DNA of 64,000 nt from Flavobacteriaceae bacterium (GTDB lineage: Bacteria; Bacteroidota; Bacteroidia; Flavobacteriales; Flavobacteriaceae): contig JAFMMH010000002.1 of the NCBI GenBank assembly GCA_017851655.1, positions 813 through 64,812 on the forward strand. Direction: 5' to 3'. Below the pieces are notes generated by a model. That model was not told the DNA's origin. It saw only the letters and a list, made by a program, of their open reading frames with translations, and did not search any database. This document shows positions 38,751 through 47,565 of the stretch, piece after piece (the first letter of the stretch is position 1; each line of letters opens with the position of its first letter). Both the position numbers and the translations under genes were made by a program.

Positions 38751-38849
38751 ATGGGTTACTTTTTAAGAAATATAATAGTCTACGGCGCCATCGCTCTCGT
38801 GGTTTGGATGCTTTATGCGGGTATTAAAGGGATGCAAAACAAAAAATGA
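38751..38849 (+). CDS. mini-ORF 2, 32-aa single-helix peptide
   Basis: MGYFLRNIIVYGAIALVVWMLYAGIKGMQNKK*. Starts 2 nt after the mini-ORF 1 stop. Confidence 0.35.
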   Translation: MGYFLRNIIVYGAIALVVWMLYAGIKGMQNKK

Positions 38850-38855
38850 ATTGAG

Positions 38856-38939
38856 ATGAATAAAAATAAAATGAAACTGATTTTTGCTATTGGAATCCTA
38901 AAAAAAATCGGTCTCTTGATTTGGATATTTTGGTTTTAA
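38856..38939 (+). CDS. mini-ORF 3, 27-aa single-helix peptide
   Basis: MNKNKMKLIFAIGILKKIGLLIWIFWF*. Starts 6 nt after the mini-ORF 2 stop. Confidence 0.3.
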   Translation: MNKNKMKLIFAIGILKKIGLLIWIFWF

Positions 38940-38961
38940 AAAAAACCCTTTTACATAAAAT

Positions 38962-38990
38962 AAAAAATGCGCTTAAAAGCGCATTTTTTA
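38962..38990. terminator. bidirectional intrinsic terminator
   Basis: AAAAAATGCGC-TTAAAA-GCGCATTTTTT. An A-run and a T-run flank a GC stem. Lies between convergent mini-ORF 3 and the 39007 lipoprotein gene. Confidence 0.6.
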
Positions 38991-39006
38991 TTAATTAAAA
39001 CTTCTT

Positions 39007-39378
39007 CTATTGTTTTATTCTTGTTCCTTCTAAATCAAACATACCCATTAAAGAGCCTGAAACAGTATCCTCCTGGATTGTAATGTCGAAATAAATATCA
39101 TAGCCCGCAGCATACGCTTCTATCGTAAAAACATTGTCTTGAAGTGTAGTGTCACCTACCTCAAATTCTACATCCTGCATTCCTTCTTTAGGTGAAATAG
39201 AAGCCGTGTAATTTTCCCCTTCTTTTGTAAGATTCAATAGCAGTGATAAATCTCCAATGTTATCAACTTCGAATACTGTCATTTCATACGATCCAACATA
39301 CGGATCACTTTTAATACTTTTCTGAACCCCACAGGAAAAGGTTAAAAATAGGGCAACTAAAGGAATTAATTTTTTCAT
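39007..39378 (-). CDS. hypothetical lipoprotein
   Basis: Lipobox LTFSCG. 123 aa. No recognisable family. Confidence 0.55.
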   Translation of the reverse strand: MKKLIPLVALFLTFSCGVQKSIKSDPYVGSYEMTVFEVDNIGDLSLLLNLTKEGENYTASISPKEGMQDVEFEVGDTTLQDNVFTIEAYAAGYDIYFDITIQEDTVSGSLMGMFDLEGTRIKQ

Positions 39379-39398
39379 TATTTTAATATATTAAATTA

Positions 39399-39875
39399 TT
39401 ACTCTGTACTCTCTGCAACCAATTCAACGTCTTTATCCCAAACAGTGATCGCACCACTTTTTTGATCTATCCATGTCATTCTAGTGTCATTGTTTGAAAA
39501 TGAAATCGAATAGTTAATCACATTTGATCCTTGAACATATTGATAAAATCCGGTTTCTGGATCAATAGACCAAGTGTACACTGCATAGGAAGGACTTAAA
39601 CAACCTCTCGAATTGATATCTATGAATTCATAAATTGTTGTTACAATTTTTTCTGAAATTGAGGCAGTAAATGACATGCAAGCGTATTCAGGAATGAGTT
39701 CTACCAAATCAGATTTAATATCCTCCCAAATTGTTGCTGTACCATTTTCATCAGAAATAGAGTAAATACTCCATTCTCCGATAGACTTGTCTGGTACGAT
39801 TTCTTCTTTACTACAATTTGTGAAGGTTAGAAGAAAAGTCAATAAGGAAACTTTTAAAATTGATGGTAGTTTCAT
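39399..39875 (-). CDS. hypothetical lipoprotein
   Basis: Lipobox FTNCS. 158 aa. No recognisable family. Confidence 0.55.
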   Translation of the reverse strand: MKLPSILKVSLLTFLLTFTNCSKEEIVPDKSIGEWSIYSISDENGTATIWEDIKSDLVELIPEYACMSFTASISEKIVTTIYEFIDINSRGCLSPSYAVYTWSIDPETGFYQYVQGSNVINYSISFSNNDTRMTWIDQKSGAITVWDKDVELVAESTE

Positions 39876-39967
39876 GGTTTTTATTATTTGACGCTAAAAA
39901 TACAAAAAAAGCGGGGTTACTTTTAATTTTTATAAAATTAAAATGTGATTCCCTAATTAATCAACTT

Positions 39968-39983
39968 TATGAAATATTTCATA
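39968..39983. promoter_or_regulatory. 16-bp perfect palindrome TATGAAATATTTCATA (candidate operator)
   Basis: Perfect dyad ~95 nt upstream of the 39875 start. Outer arms TCAACT (39961-39966) and AGTTGA (39990-39995) extend it. Confidence 0.3.
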
Positions 39984-40466
39984 GAACAGAGTTGATCTTA
40001 AGATTAAGCGTTTTTGTTTAACGATTGATTAAAACTTTGCCTTGTCAAAACTTATTTTATAAACTTTTAGCAAGGAAAATGTCTGAAAACTTAATAATCG
40101 AACAAAAAATAAATTCACTTCACTTTTATTGATGAATCCCTACTTGAATCAAATAAACTCTAATGCTTCTCGAAAGAAGAAATACATCGTCCGATTATAA
40201 AAAAGGTGTTTTATCTTGGAGAGTGACACCAACTGTTTCATTAATCAAAATATCAAAGCTTCAGAAATAGGGATAAAATTCAAGATGGTCTATTTTCCAA
40301 AAAGTACAAGCTGTAAAATTCTAAAATTCCTCTCTTTCTAGAGTTATTTATGATTTGCTCTCACTACTTGAGAACTTATTTAACAAATATTTTTTACCTT
40401 TCTAAGAAATCAGTAACCAAAATCAATAAATCTTGATCTTTAATTAAGATTATTTAGAACTAATTA

Positions 40467-43400
40467 ATGAGGACTATTCAACTACTATTTCTGCTTTTAA
40501 TTTGCACCCAATGCCAATTAGATATTCCAGATTCGATTGCCCTTGAATTAGAAAATCTGCCAAATAAAATTGACTACAACTATCATGTAAAGCCAATTTT
40601 ATCTGACCGCTGCTATCAATGTCATGGTCCAGATGAAAAAACAAGAAAAGCTGGTTTAAGACTGGATCTAGAAAAAATTGCATTTTCACGTCTTGAAAGT
40701 GGGAATAAAGCTTTCTCGAAAGGAAGTCTTAACGGAAGTGAGAGTCTCCATCGCATACTTAATACTGATGCTGAAATTCAAATGCCTCCTCCTGAATCAA
40801 ACTTAAGTTTGACTTCAAAAGAAAAAGCTATTTTAATTAAATGGGTAGATCAAGGAGCCGAATGGAAAGAACATTGGTCCTTTATTCCTCCCAATAAAAA
40901 GAGCATCAAGTATTCCCAAGGCTTAGGTCTTATTGATCATTTTATTACTGAAAAACATCAAGAAAATAATCTGGACTTTTCAAAACCTGCATCAAAAGAG
41001 ACCCTAATTCGCAGAGTTTATTTTGACCTTACAGGATTGCCTCCAACAGTTGCTCAAGTTGAGGCTTTTCTTAATAACTCGAGTGAAGATGCATATTCAG
41101 ATTTGGTAGACAGATTACTCGATTCTGATGCCTATGCAGAGCGAATGGCCGTAGAATGGATGGATTTATCCCGTTATGCAGATTCTCATGGACTTCATGC
41201 AGATGGGCTTCGAACGATGTGGCCATGGAGGGACTGGGTTATTAAATCATTTAAAGAAAATATGCCTTATGACCAATTTGTGACCTGGCAACTCGCTGGT
41301 GATTTAATGCCCAATGCAACTATTGAACAAAAATTAGCCACTGCATTTAATCGTAATTCTCCAATGACTGCTGAAGGAGGCGTTATAGATGAAGAATGGA
41401 GATTAAATTATGTTTTCGATAGAACAGAAACCATGAGTACTGCTTTTCTTGGCCTAACCGTAGCTTGCGCAAAATGTCACGATCACAAATTTGATCCCGT
41501 CTCACAGAAAGATTATTATCAGCTTACCGCTTTTTTTAACAATATTCGAGAGTTAGGAATGACAGGTGATGACGGCGATTACGGCCCGCTATTACCCCTT
41601 CCAGATGAATCTACTAAAGAGCACCTCAACCGACTAGAAAGTACTATTTCTCAGATAGAAAAGGAGGTAGAACTCAATGCAAAGGAAATGGCCAACCTTC
41701 AAGATTATATCAATGAACTGCCCTCTGAATCTCAACTATATGAAAGCAGAGTAGGCTACTATCCTTTTGATAAAATCAGAAAAGCCCTTAAAAAAGATAA
41801 AACTGGACATCATTTTGTTGCAGATGACAATGAAAATGTAGGTTCACGACTAGCTCCTGTAGTGATACCCGGAATCAAAAACAATGCCCTTCGTTTTGAA
41901 CAGGATTATGACCGCCTATTTATTAGTAAAGAAATTCCAAATTTTGAATGGGTTGATTCATTTTCAGGAGGTGTTTGGATAAATACGGATCAACAAAATT
42001 CCCAGTTTAGACAGTTCATCATGGGAACTACAGGAGGAAAGAATAATTTATGGCGCGGATGGGATTTCTATCTCGATGGAGAAAATAAGCTAAACTTTAG
42101 ACTGATAAATGTGGCTCCTGGAAACATGATTCATGTAAAAGCTCCCGAAATTATCCCTACAGAGAAATGGAAACATCTTGCTTTTTCATACGACGGAAGT
42201 GGAAAAGCAAAAGGAGTCAAAATCTATATAGACGGAGAAAAAATCCCCTTAGAAAATTTAATAGACAATCTATATAAATCCATTAAACCAGTTTCTGCCA
42301 GTGGCATTAAAGAAGAAGATCGCCCAGTTTTAATAGGCAAAAGTTATGAGGGTTCTACAGGAGACAATGGGACATTTTCGGGGAGTATGGATGAGTTGAT
42401 GCTTTTTGAAAAAGAACTTAGTGGGCTGGAATTAAAACTTTTGTTTAATTCTTATAATGAAAACCCCATTCCTCCGGGTAGTGATTTAATAAAAGAGCAT
42501 TGGATTTCAAATCAACCTCAATCGATTGCTCTTAACAACAAATTAAAACAAAATCGTCAAGAATGGTTGAATACTTTTGCTCCGGTTACAGAAATTATGG
42601 TGATGGAAGAACTTCCTACTGTTCGAGAAACTTTTTTGTATAATCGAGGAGATTATAATGATCCCAGCTACAGTGTAGAAGCAGCTGTGCCAAACAAGCT
42701 CCCTGCTATGAGTCCCGATCTTCCTAAAAACAGATTGGGTTTGGCAAAATGGTTATTTAATAAAAAAAATCCGCTTACAGCTCGAGTTGCTGTTAATCGG
42801 TATTGGCAAATGATTTTTGGTCAAGGGTTAGTCAGAACTCCTACTGACTTTGGGGTTCAAGGTGAGCTCCCTAGTCATCCCAATCTTTTAGATGCTTTGG
42901 CATTGGATTTTATGGAAAATGATTGGGATATAAAACAATTGATCAAAAAAATGGTACTCTCCAAAACTTACCGTCAAACTTCAAAAACAAGTCCAGAACT
43001 ATTTGAAAAGGACCCCAATAATATTTTGCTAGCACGAAGTAATCGCTACAGACTCCCTGCCGAAATGATTCGTGACAATGCTTTAGCAACAAGTGGTTTG
43101 CTAATAAACCATGTAGGAGGTGAGAGTGTTAAACCCTACCAACCTGAGGGGCTTTGGAAAGAAAAAAGTACTTTTTCCCTGCGCCTCTATGATTACAAAA
43201 CAACAAAAGGGGATAGTCTGTATCGTAGAAGTTTATACACCTTTATTAGAAGAACATCACCTCCGCCTTCTATGATAGCTTTTGATGCTACTTCTAGAGA
43301 AATTTGTGCTGTTCAGCGTGAAAATACTTCAACCCCTCTTCAAGCGTTAATTCTCTTGAACGATATTCAATTTTTTGAGGCCTCAAGGGTATTGGCAGAA

Positions 43401-43679
43401 AGGATTCAACTGGAGGGAGGGACTAAAGTGAGTGATCAGATTCAATATGGATTTCGTCTGGCCACATCACGATTGCCAAATTCAAAAGAGCTGGATATAT
43501 TAATTGATCTTTATCAGACTCAATTGAATTATTATAAAAAAACTCCAAAAGCAGCATATAACACGATCCGTGTAGGCGAAAAACCTTTTAACACTAAACT
43601 AAACCCCATGAAAACAGCAGCGCTCACAATCGTTGCAAATACCCTACTAAACCAAAACGAAACTTTTGTAAAGTATTAG
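40467..43679 (+). CDS. PSCyt (haem c) / DUF1549 / LamG / DUF1553 multidomain protein
   Basis: Signal peptide. CYQCH at nt 40611-40625. LIRRVYFDLTGLPPT (DUF1549-like). LamG-like WKHLAFSYDGSGKAKGVKIYIDGEK. NRYWQMIFGQGLVRTPTDFG (DUF1553-like). Confidence 0.85.
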   Translation: MRTIQLLFLLLICTQCQLDIPDSIALELENLPNKIDYNYHVKPILSDRCYQCHGPDEKTRKAGLRLDLEKIAFSRLESGNKAFSKGSLNGSESLHRILNTDAEIQMPPPESNLSLTSKEKAILIKWVDQGAEWKEHWSFIPPNKKSIKYSQGLGLIDHFITEKHQENNLDFSKPASKETLIRRVYFDLTGLPPTVAQVEAFLNNSSEDAYSDLVDRLLDSDAYAERMAVEWMDLSRYADSHGLHADGLRTMWPWRDWVIKSFKENMPYDQFVTWQLAGDLMPNATIEQKLATAFNRNSPMTAEGGVIDEEWRLNYVFDRTETMSTAFLGLTVACAKCHDHKFDPVSQKDYYQLTAFFNNIRELGMTGDDGDYGPLLPLPDESTKEHLNRLESTISQIEKEVELNAKEMANLQDYINELPSESQLYESRVGYYPFDKIRKALKKDKTGHHFVADDNENVGSRLAPVVIPGIKNNALRFEQDYDRLFISKEIPNFEWVDSFSGGVWINTDQQNSQFRQFIMGTTGGKNNLWRGWDFYLDGENKLNFRLINVAPGNMIHVKAPEIIPTEKWKHLAFSYDGSGKAKGVKIYIDGEKIPLENLIDNLYKSIKPVSASGIKEEDRPVLIGKSYEGSTGDNGTFSGSMDELMLFEKELSGLELKLLFNSYNENPIPPGSDLIKEHWISNQPQSIALNNKLKQNRQEWLNTFAPVTEIMVMEELPTVRETFLYNRGDYNDPSYSVEAAVPNKLPAMSPDLPKNRLGLAKWLFNKKNPLTARVAVNRYWQMIFGQGLVRTPTDFGVQGELPSHPNLLDALALDFMENDWDIKQLIKKMVLSKTYRQTSKTSPELFEKDPNNILLARSNRYRLPAEMIRDNALATSGLLINHVGGESVKPYQPEGLWKEKSTFSLRLYDYKTTKGDSLYRRSLYTFIRRTSPPPSMIAFDATSREICAVQRENTSTPLQALILLNDIQFFEASRVLAERIQLEGGTKVSDQIQYGFRLATSRLPNSKELDILIDLYQTQLNYYKKTPKAAYNTIRVGEKPFNTKLNPMKTAALTIVANTLLNQNETFVKY

Positions 43680-43681
43680 GA

Positions 43682-45142
43682 ATGAATTGCAACGATGACC
43701 ATCACAATAAAAAATATACCCGAAGAGACTTTCTAACCCGAACCTCAATTGGAATGGGAGCCTTGTCGTTAGGAGGTTTGTTGGGGCCCTCACCCGTACT
43801 GGGAAAAGATCTGATTTCACAAATGATTCAGACTAGCGGAGCAGGATTACCACATTTTGTGCCTAAAGCTAAAAGAGTCATCTACCTTTTTCAAAGTGGC
43901 GCCCCCTCACAATTAGATCTTTTTGATCATAAGCCTTTACTCAATAAAATGAATGGGAAAGAACTCCCAGATAGTATCATGGGAACCCAACGTTTGACGG
44001 GTATGACGGCCGGACAAACAAGCTTTCCAATGGCAGGTTCAGTTTTTGATTTCAAACAATATGGACAGAGCGGAGCTTGGGTAAGTGAATTAATGCCATA
44101 TACTTCAAAAATTGTAGATGAATTATGCTTCATCAAATCCATGCATACCGATGCTATCAATCATGATCCTGCAGTAACTTTTCTACAAACTGGTTCTCAA
44201 CTACCTGGACGTCCCTCTATTGGTGCTTGGCTTAGTTATGGATTGGGAACAGACAATAAAAATCTTCCTGAATTTGTAGTACTATTAACCAAAGACAAAT
44301 ACGGCCAACCACTCTATTCAAGATTGTGGGGCAATGGATTTTTGCCCTCTCAGCATCAGGGAGTACAATTTCGTTCAGGTAAAGATCCAGTACTCTACCT
44401 TGATAATCCTCCTGGTGTGACTAAAGAAAGTAGAAGTTCACAATTACAACATCTCGGTGAACTCAATAAAATTCAACATCAAGATGTGGGAGATCCTGAA
44501 ATCCTTTCAAGGATGAAACAATACGAAATGGCCTTTAGGATGCAAACTTCTGTTCCAGAAGTTATGGACGTATCCGATGAGCCTGATTATATTTTCGACT
44601 TATATGGAAAAGACAGTAAGACACCCGGAACCTTCGCAGCAAACTGTCTTCTAGCTCGGAAACTAATTGAAAAAGATGTCAAATTTGTACAGCTTTATCA
44701 TCAGGGATGGGACATGCATGGAGACTTACCAAATCAGATGAAGATCCAATGTAAAGATACGGATCAAGCAACTGCAGGTCTTATACAAGACCTAAAACAA
44801 CGCGGCCTTTTAGACGATACATTGGTCATTTGGGGAGGTGAATTTGGAAGAACAAACTACTCGCAAGGACTCTTAACTCCTGAAAGTTTCGGAAGAGATC
44901 ACCATCCTCGCTGTTTTACAGTTTTCATGGCAGGAGCAGGTATAAAAAAAGGAATTACCATTGGAGCTACAGATGAGTTTGGGTTTAACATCAATGAACG
45001 ACCTGTTCATATTCATGATTTTCAGGCTACATTAATGCATTTACTCGGTATCAATCACGAAAAACTTACTTTTAAATTTCAAGGAAGACGCTACCGTCTT
45101 ACAGATGTACACGGTAAGGTAGTTAATGAGATTCTCAGTTAA
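43682..45142 (+). CDS. DUF1501 protein (sulfatase/alkaline-phosphatase-superfamily fold), Tat signal
   Basis: TRRDFLTRT twin-arginine leader. HQGWDMHGDL, GGEFGRT, and GRDHHP blocks. Confidence 0.85.
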   Translation: MNCNDDHHNKKYTRRDFLTRTSIGMGALSLGGLLGPSPVLGKDLISQMIQTSGAGLPHFVPKAKRVIYLFQSGAPSQLDLFDHKPLLNKMNGKELPDSIMGTQRLTGMTAGQTSFPMAGSVFDFKQYGQSGAWVSELMPYTSKIVDELCFIKSMHTDAINHDPAVTFLQTGSQLPGRPSIGAWLSYGLGTDNKNLPEFVVLLTKDKYGQPLYSRLWGNGFLPSQHQGVQFRSGKDPVLYLDNPPGVTKESRSSQLQHLGELNKIQHQDVGDPEILSRMKQYEMAFRMQTSVPEVMDVSDEPDYIFDLYGKDSKTPGTFAANCLLARKLIEKDVKFVQLYHQGWDMHGDLPNQMKIQCKDTDQATAGLIQDLKQRGLLDDTLVIWGGEFGRTNYSQGLLTPESFGRDHHPRCFTVFMAGAGIKKGITIGATDEFGFNINERPVHIHDFQATLMHLLGINHEKLTFKFQGRRYRLTDVHGKVVNEILS

Positions 45143-45154
45143 ATACGAATAAAA

Positions 45155-46207
45155 ATGAAAAAAAATAGAAGAAAATTTTTAAAACAAACTGTTGCTGCAG
45201 CTGGAGGATTAGCAGTTGTTCCCTTCCAAGATATCTTTGTGCATCGTAACACATCAAAAGTAGAAAATCCTATTGTAGGGCATGGAGATTTTACTTATCG
45301 TGTTGATAAAGACTGGGGCATTCAAGATTCTTCTCAATTTCCTGTGAATGATTGCCATGAAATGGTTTTAGATAAAAAAAACAGGATCTTTATGACCACC
45401 ACCCATCCAAAAAATAATATTCTAATTTATGACCGGTCAGGAAAAATACTTGACTCATGGGGGACAGACTATCCCGGAGCACATGGCCTTACTATAATAG
45501 AAGAGGGAGGGGAAGAATTTTTATTTATTACTGATCCAGAAACACATAAGGTTTGTAAGACGACTATCAACGGTAAGAAACTTCTTGAATTTTCAGCACC
45601 AAAAGAGGTTAAAGATTACAAAGAAGTGAATCAGTTCAAACCAACGGAAACTGCAGTTGCTCCAAATGGAGATATTTATATCGCTGATGGTTATGGTTTG
45701 GATTTTATCATGCAATATGACTCAAAAGGAAATTTTATTCGTCACTTTGGTGGCAAAGGGAAGGCAGAAAATCAATTTGACTGTTGTCATGGAATTACAA
45801 TTGACACTCGAGGAGGAAAAGCACCTACCTTACTAATTACTTCGAGGACCGCAAACTGTTTTAAACGTTTTACTTTAGACGGGAATCATATTGAAACCAT
45901 TTCTCTTCCTTCCTGTTATATTTGCAGACCAGTCCTAAAAAACGATCTGCTTTATTTTGCAGTAATTGTAACGAAAGATTGGGGCACCTATGATGGTATG
46001 CTTGCCGTTTTAGATCAAAATAATAAAGTAATCTCAATGCCCGGGGGAAGCTCCCCTAGCTACAAGAACGGATTGCTTGAAGCCCCTGTATACGATCAAA
46101 AAACATTTCTTAACCCACATGATGTCTGCATAGATGACGATGAAAACATTTACATTCCTCAGTGGAATTCTGGGAAAACATATCCCATTAAACTTCATCG
46201 TGTTTAA
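45155..46207 (+). CDS. Tat-signal six-bladed beta-propeller (NHL-repeat-like) protein
   Basis: NRRKFLKQT leader. Repeated segments such as ...IYIADGYG..I..YD..G.F...FG. resemble NHL / amidating-lyase-type propellers. Confidence 0.6.
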   Translation: MKKNRRKFLKQTVAAAGGLAVVPFQDIFVHRNTSKVENPIVGHGDFTYRVDKDWGIQDSSQFPVNDCHEMVLDKKNRIFMTTTHPKNNILIYDRSGKILDSWGTDYPGAHGLTIIEEGGEEFLFITDPETHKVCKTTINGKKLLEFSAPKEVKDYKEVNQFKPTETAVAPNGDIYIADGYGLDFIMQYDSKGNFIRHFGGKGKAENQFDCCHGITIDTRGGKAPTLLITSRTANCFKRFTLDGNHIETISLPSCYICRPVLKNDLLYFAVIVTKDWGTYDGMLAVLDQNNKVISMPGGSSPSYKNGLLEAPVYDQKTFLNPHDVCIDDDENIYIPQWNSGKTYPIKLHRV

Positions 46208-46209
46208 AT

Positions 46210-47565
46210 ATGATCTTCCTTGAATTAAGCACATTTATTGGTAGATTACACCCTTTGGTAGTTCATCTGCCAATCGGATTTTTAGTTCTTGCTTTAATTT
46301 TTGATCTTCCTCTAGTCAAAAAGAGAAACAGTGCCGTTTCACTAATTTGGTTTTTTGCATCGATATTTTCAATTGTCGCTGTTGTATTGGGGCTTCTCTT
46401 AGCGCAAAATGGACACTATATTGAACAACAGCTTTCACTGCATCAATGGTCTGGAATTATTTTAGTCTTTCTTTGTTTTATTGGGTGGATGTCACGGTCA
46501 CCCTTCTTTAGGTTTCCAGATTTTATTCGAAAGGTGAATAATGGGATTGTTATACTAACCCTAATTATTGTTGGTCATTATGGAGGAACGTTAACCCATG
46601 GTGAAAATTATCTATTTGTTTATGCTCCTGAATGGCTCAGCTCAAAGCTTATAAAAGAGAAAACTGATCCAAAGTTTGCTGATGTTTCTTTAGACAGTGT
46701 CTATGTGTATCAAGACATGATTCAGCCATTGTTCAACGCAAAATGTGTGTCCTGTCACAATAACGAAGCAAAAAGAGGAGGTCTTGATATGACAAATGTG
46801 AAAGGGCTCTTTAAAGGTGGAAATAGCGGAGCCGCAATTGTTCAAAAAAATTTAGCTAAAAGCTTGATTTATAACCGAATTACCAAAGTACAATCTGATG
46901 TGAAGTTTATGCCACCTGCTGGAATACCAATGACTTACTCAGAAATTCAGTTAATTGAATGGTGGATTCAAGCTGGAGCTTCAATAGAAACTCCTCTTTC
47001 AAAACAAACATTAAATTCGGAAATCCAAACACTTTTATTAAAAAAATATGCGCTCGACACTGAGGAAAAACCGTGGTTTAAAAAAGTAATTTTGACTCCT
47101 CTTCAAGAGTCTGAGCTTGCACGATTTGATCAGAATAAACTTGAATGGAGAAAATTAGCTTTGGATAATCCCTTGCTTGATGTTCGCTTTCAAGGGAAAG
47201 AAATCAGTAAAGAAGTTCTTTCTGTTCTAGAGCAAAATGCACCTTATATAACATGGTTAAACTTAAGTGGAACTATTCTCGAAAAGGATGCTCTTAAAGT
47301 CATCGCTAAAATGGAAAATTTAACCCGTCTTTATCTCCAAAAAAGCAGCCTCCCAATTGGAGATTTGAGTCTATTAGAATCCCTAAGTCATCTCGAAATA
47401 CTTAACCTTCACAGCACTTCTGCAAATCAGAAAGTCTTTGAAGTAGCAAAACAACTCCCCGCTTTGAAAAAGCTCTATTTATGGAATACAAAATTGAGCA
47501 ATGATCAAATTGAAGCGCAAAAGTCTTTTTTTCCTAATACTGATTTAATTGGAGGCTTAGAATAG
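46210..47565 (+). CDS. membrane protein: DUF2231-like 4-TM domain + cytochrome c (PSCyt1-like) domain + leucine-rich repeats
   Basis: HPLVVHLPIGFLVLALIFDL. CVSCH at nt 46744-46758. C-terminal LxxLxLxxT repeats (LTRLYLQKSSL, LEILNLHSTS, LKKLYLWNTKL). Confidence 0.75.
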   Translation: MIFLELSTFIGRLHPLVVHLPIGFLVLALIFDLPLVKKRNSAVSLIWFFASIFSIVAVVLGLLLAQNGHYIEQQLSLHQWSGIILVFLCFIGWMSRSPFFRFPDFIRKVNNGIVILTLIIVGHYGGTLTHGENYLFVYAPEWLSSKLIKEKTDPKFADVSLDSVYVYQDMIQPLFNAKCVSCHNNEAKRGGLDMTNVKGLFKGGNSGAAIVQKNLAKSLIYNRITKVQSDVKFMPPAGIPMTYSEIQLIEWWIQAGASIETPLSKQTLNSEIQTLLLKKYALDTEEKPWFKKVILTPLQESELARFDQNKLEWRKLALDNPLLDVRFQGKEISKEVLSVLEQNAPYITWLNLSGTILEKDALKVIAKMENLTRLYLQKSSLPIGDLSLLESLSHLEILNLHSTSANQKVFEVAKQLPALKKLYLWNTKLSNDQIEAQKSFFPNTDLIGGLE

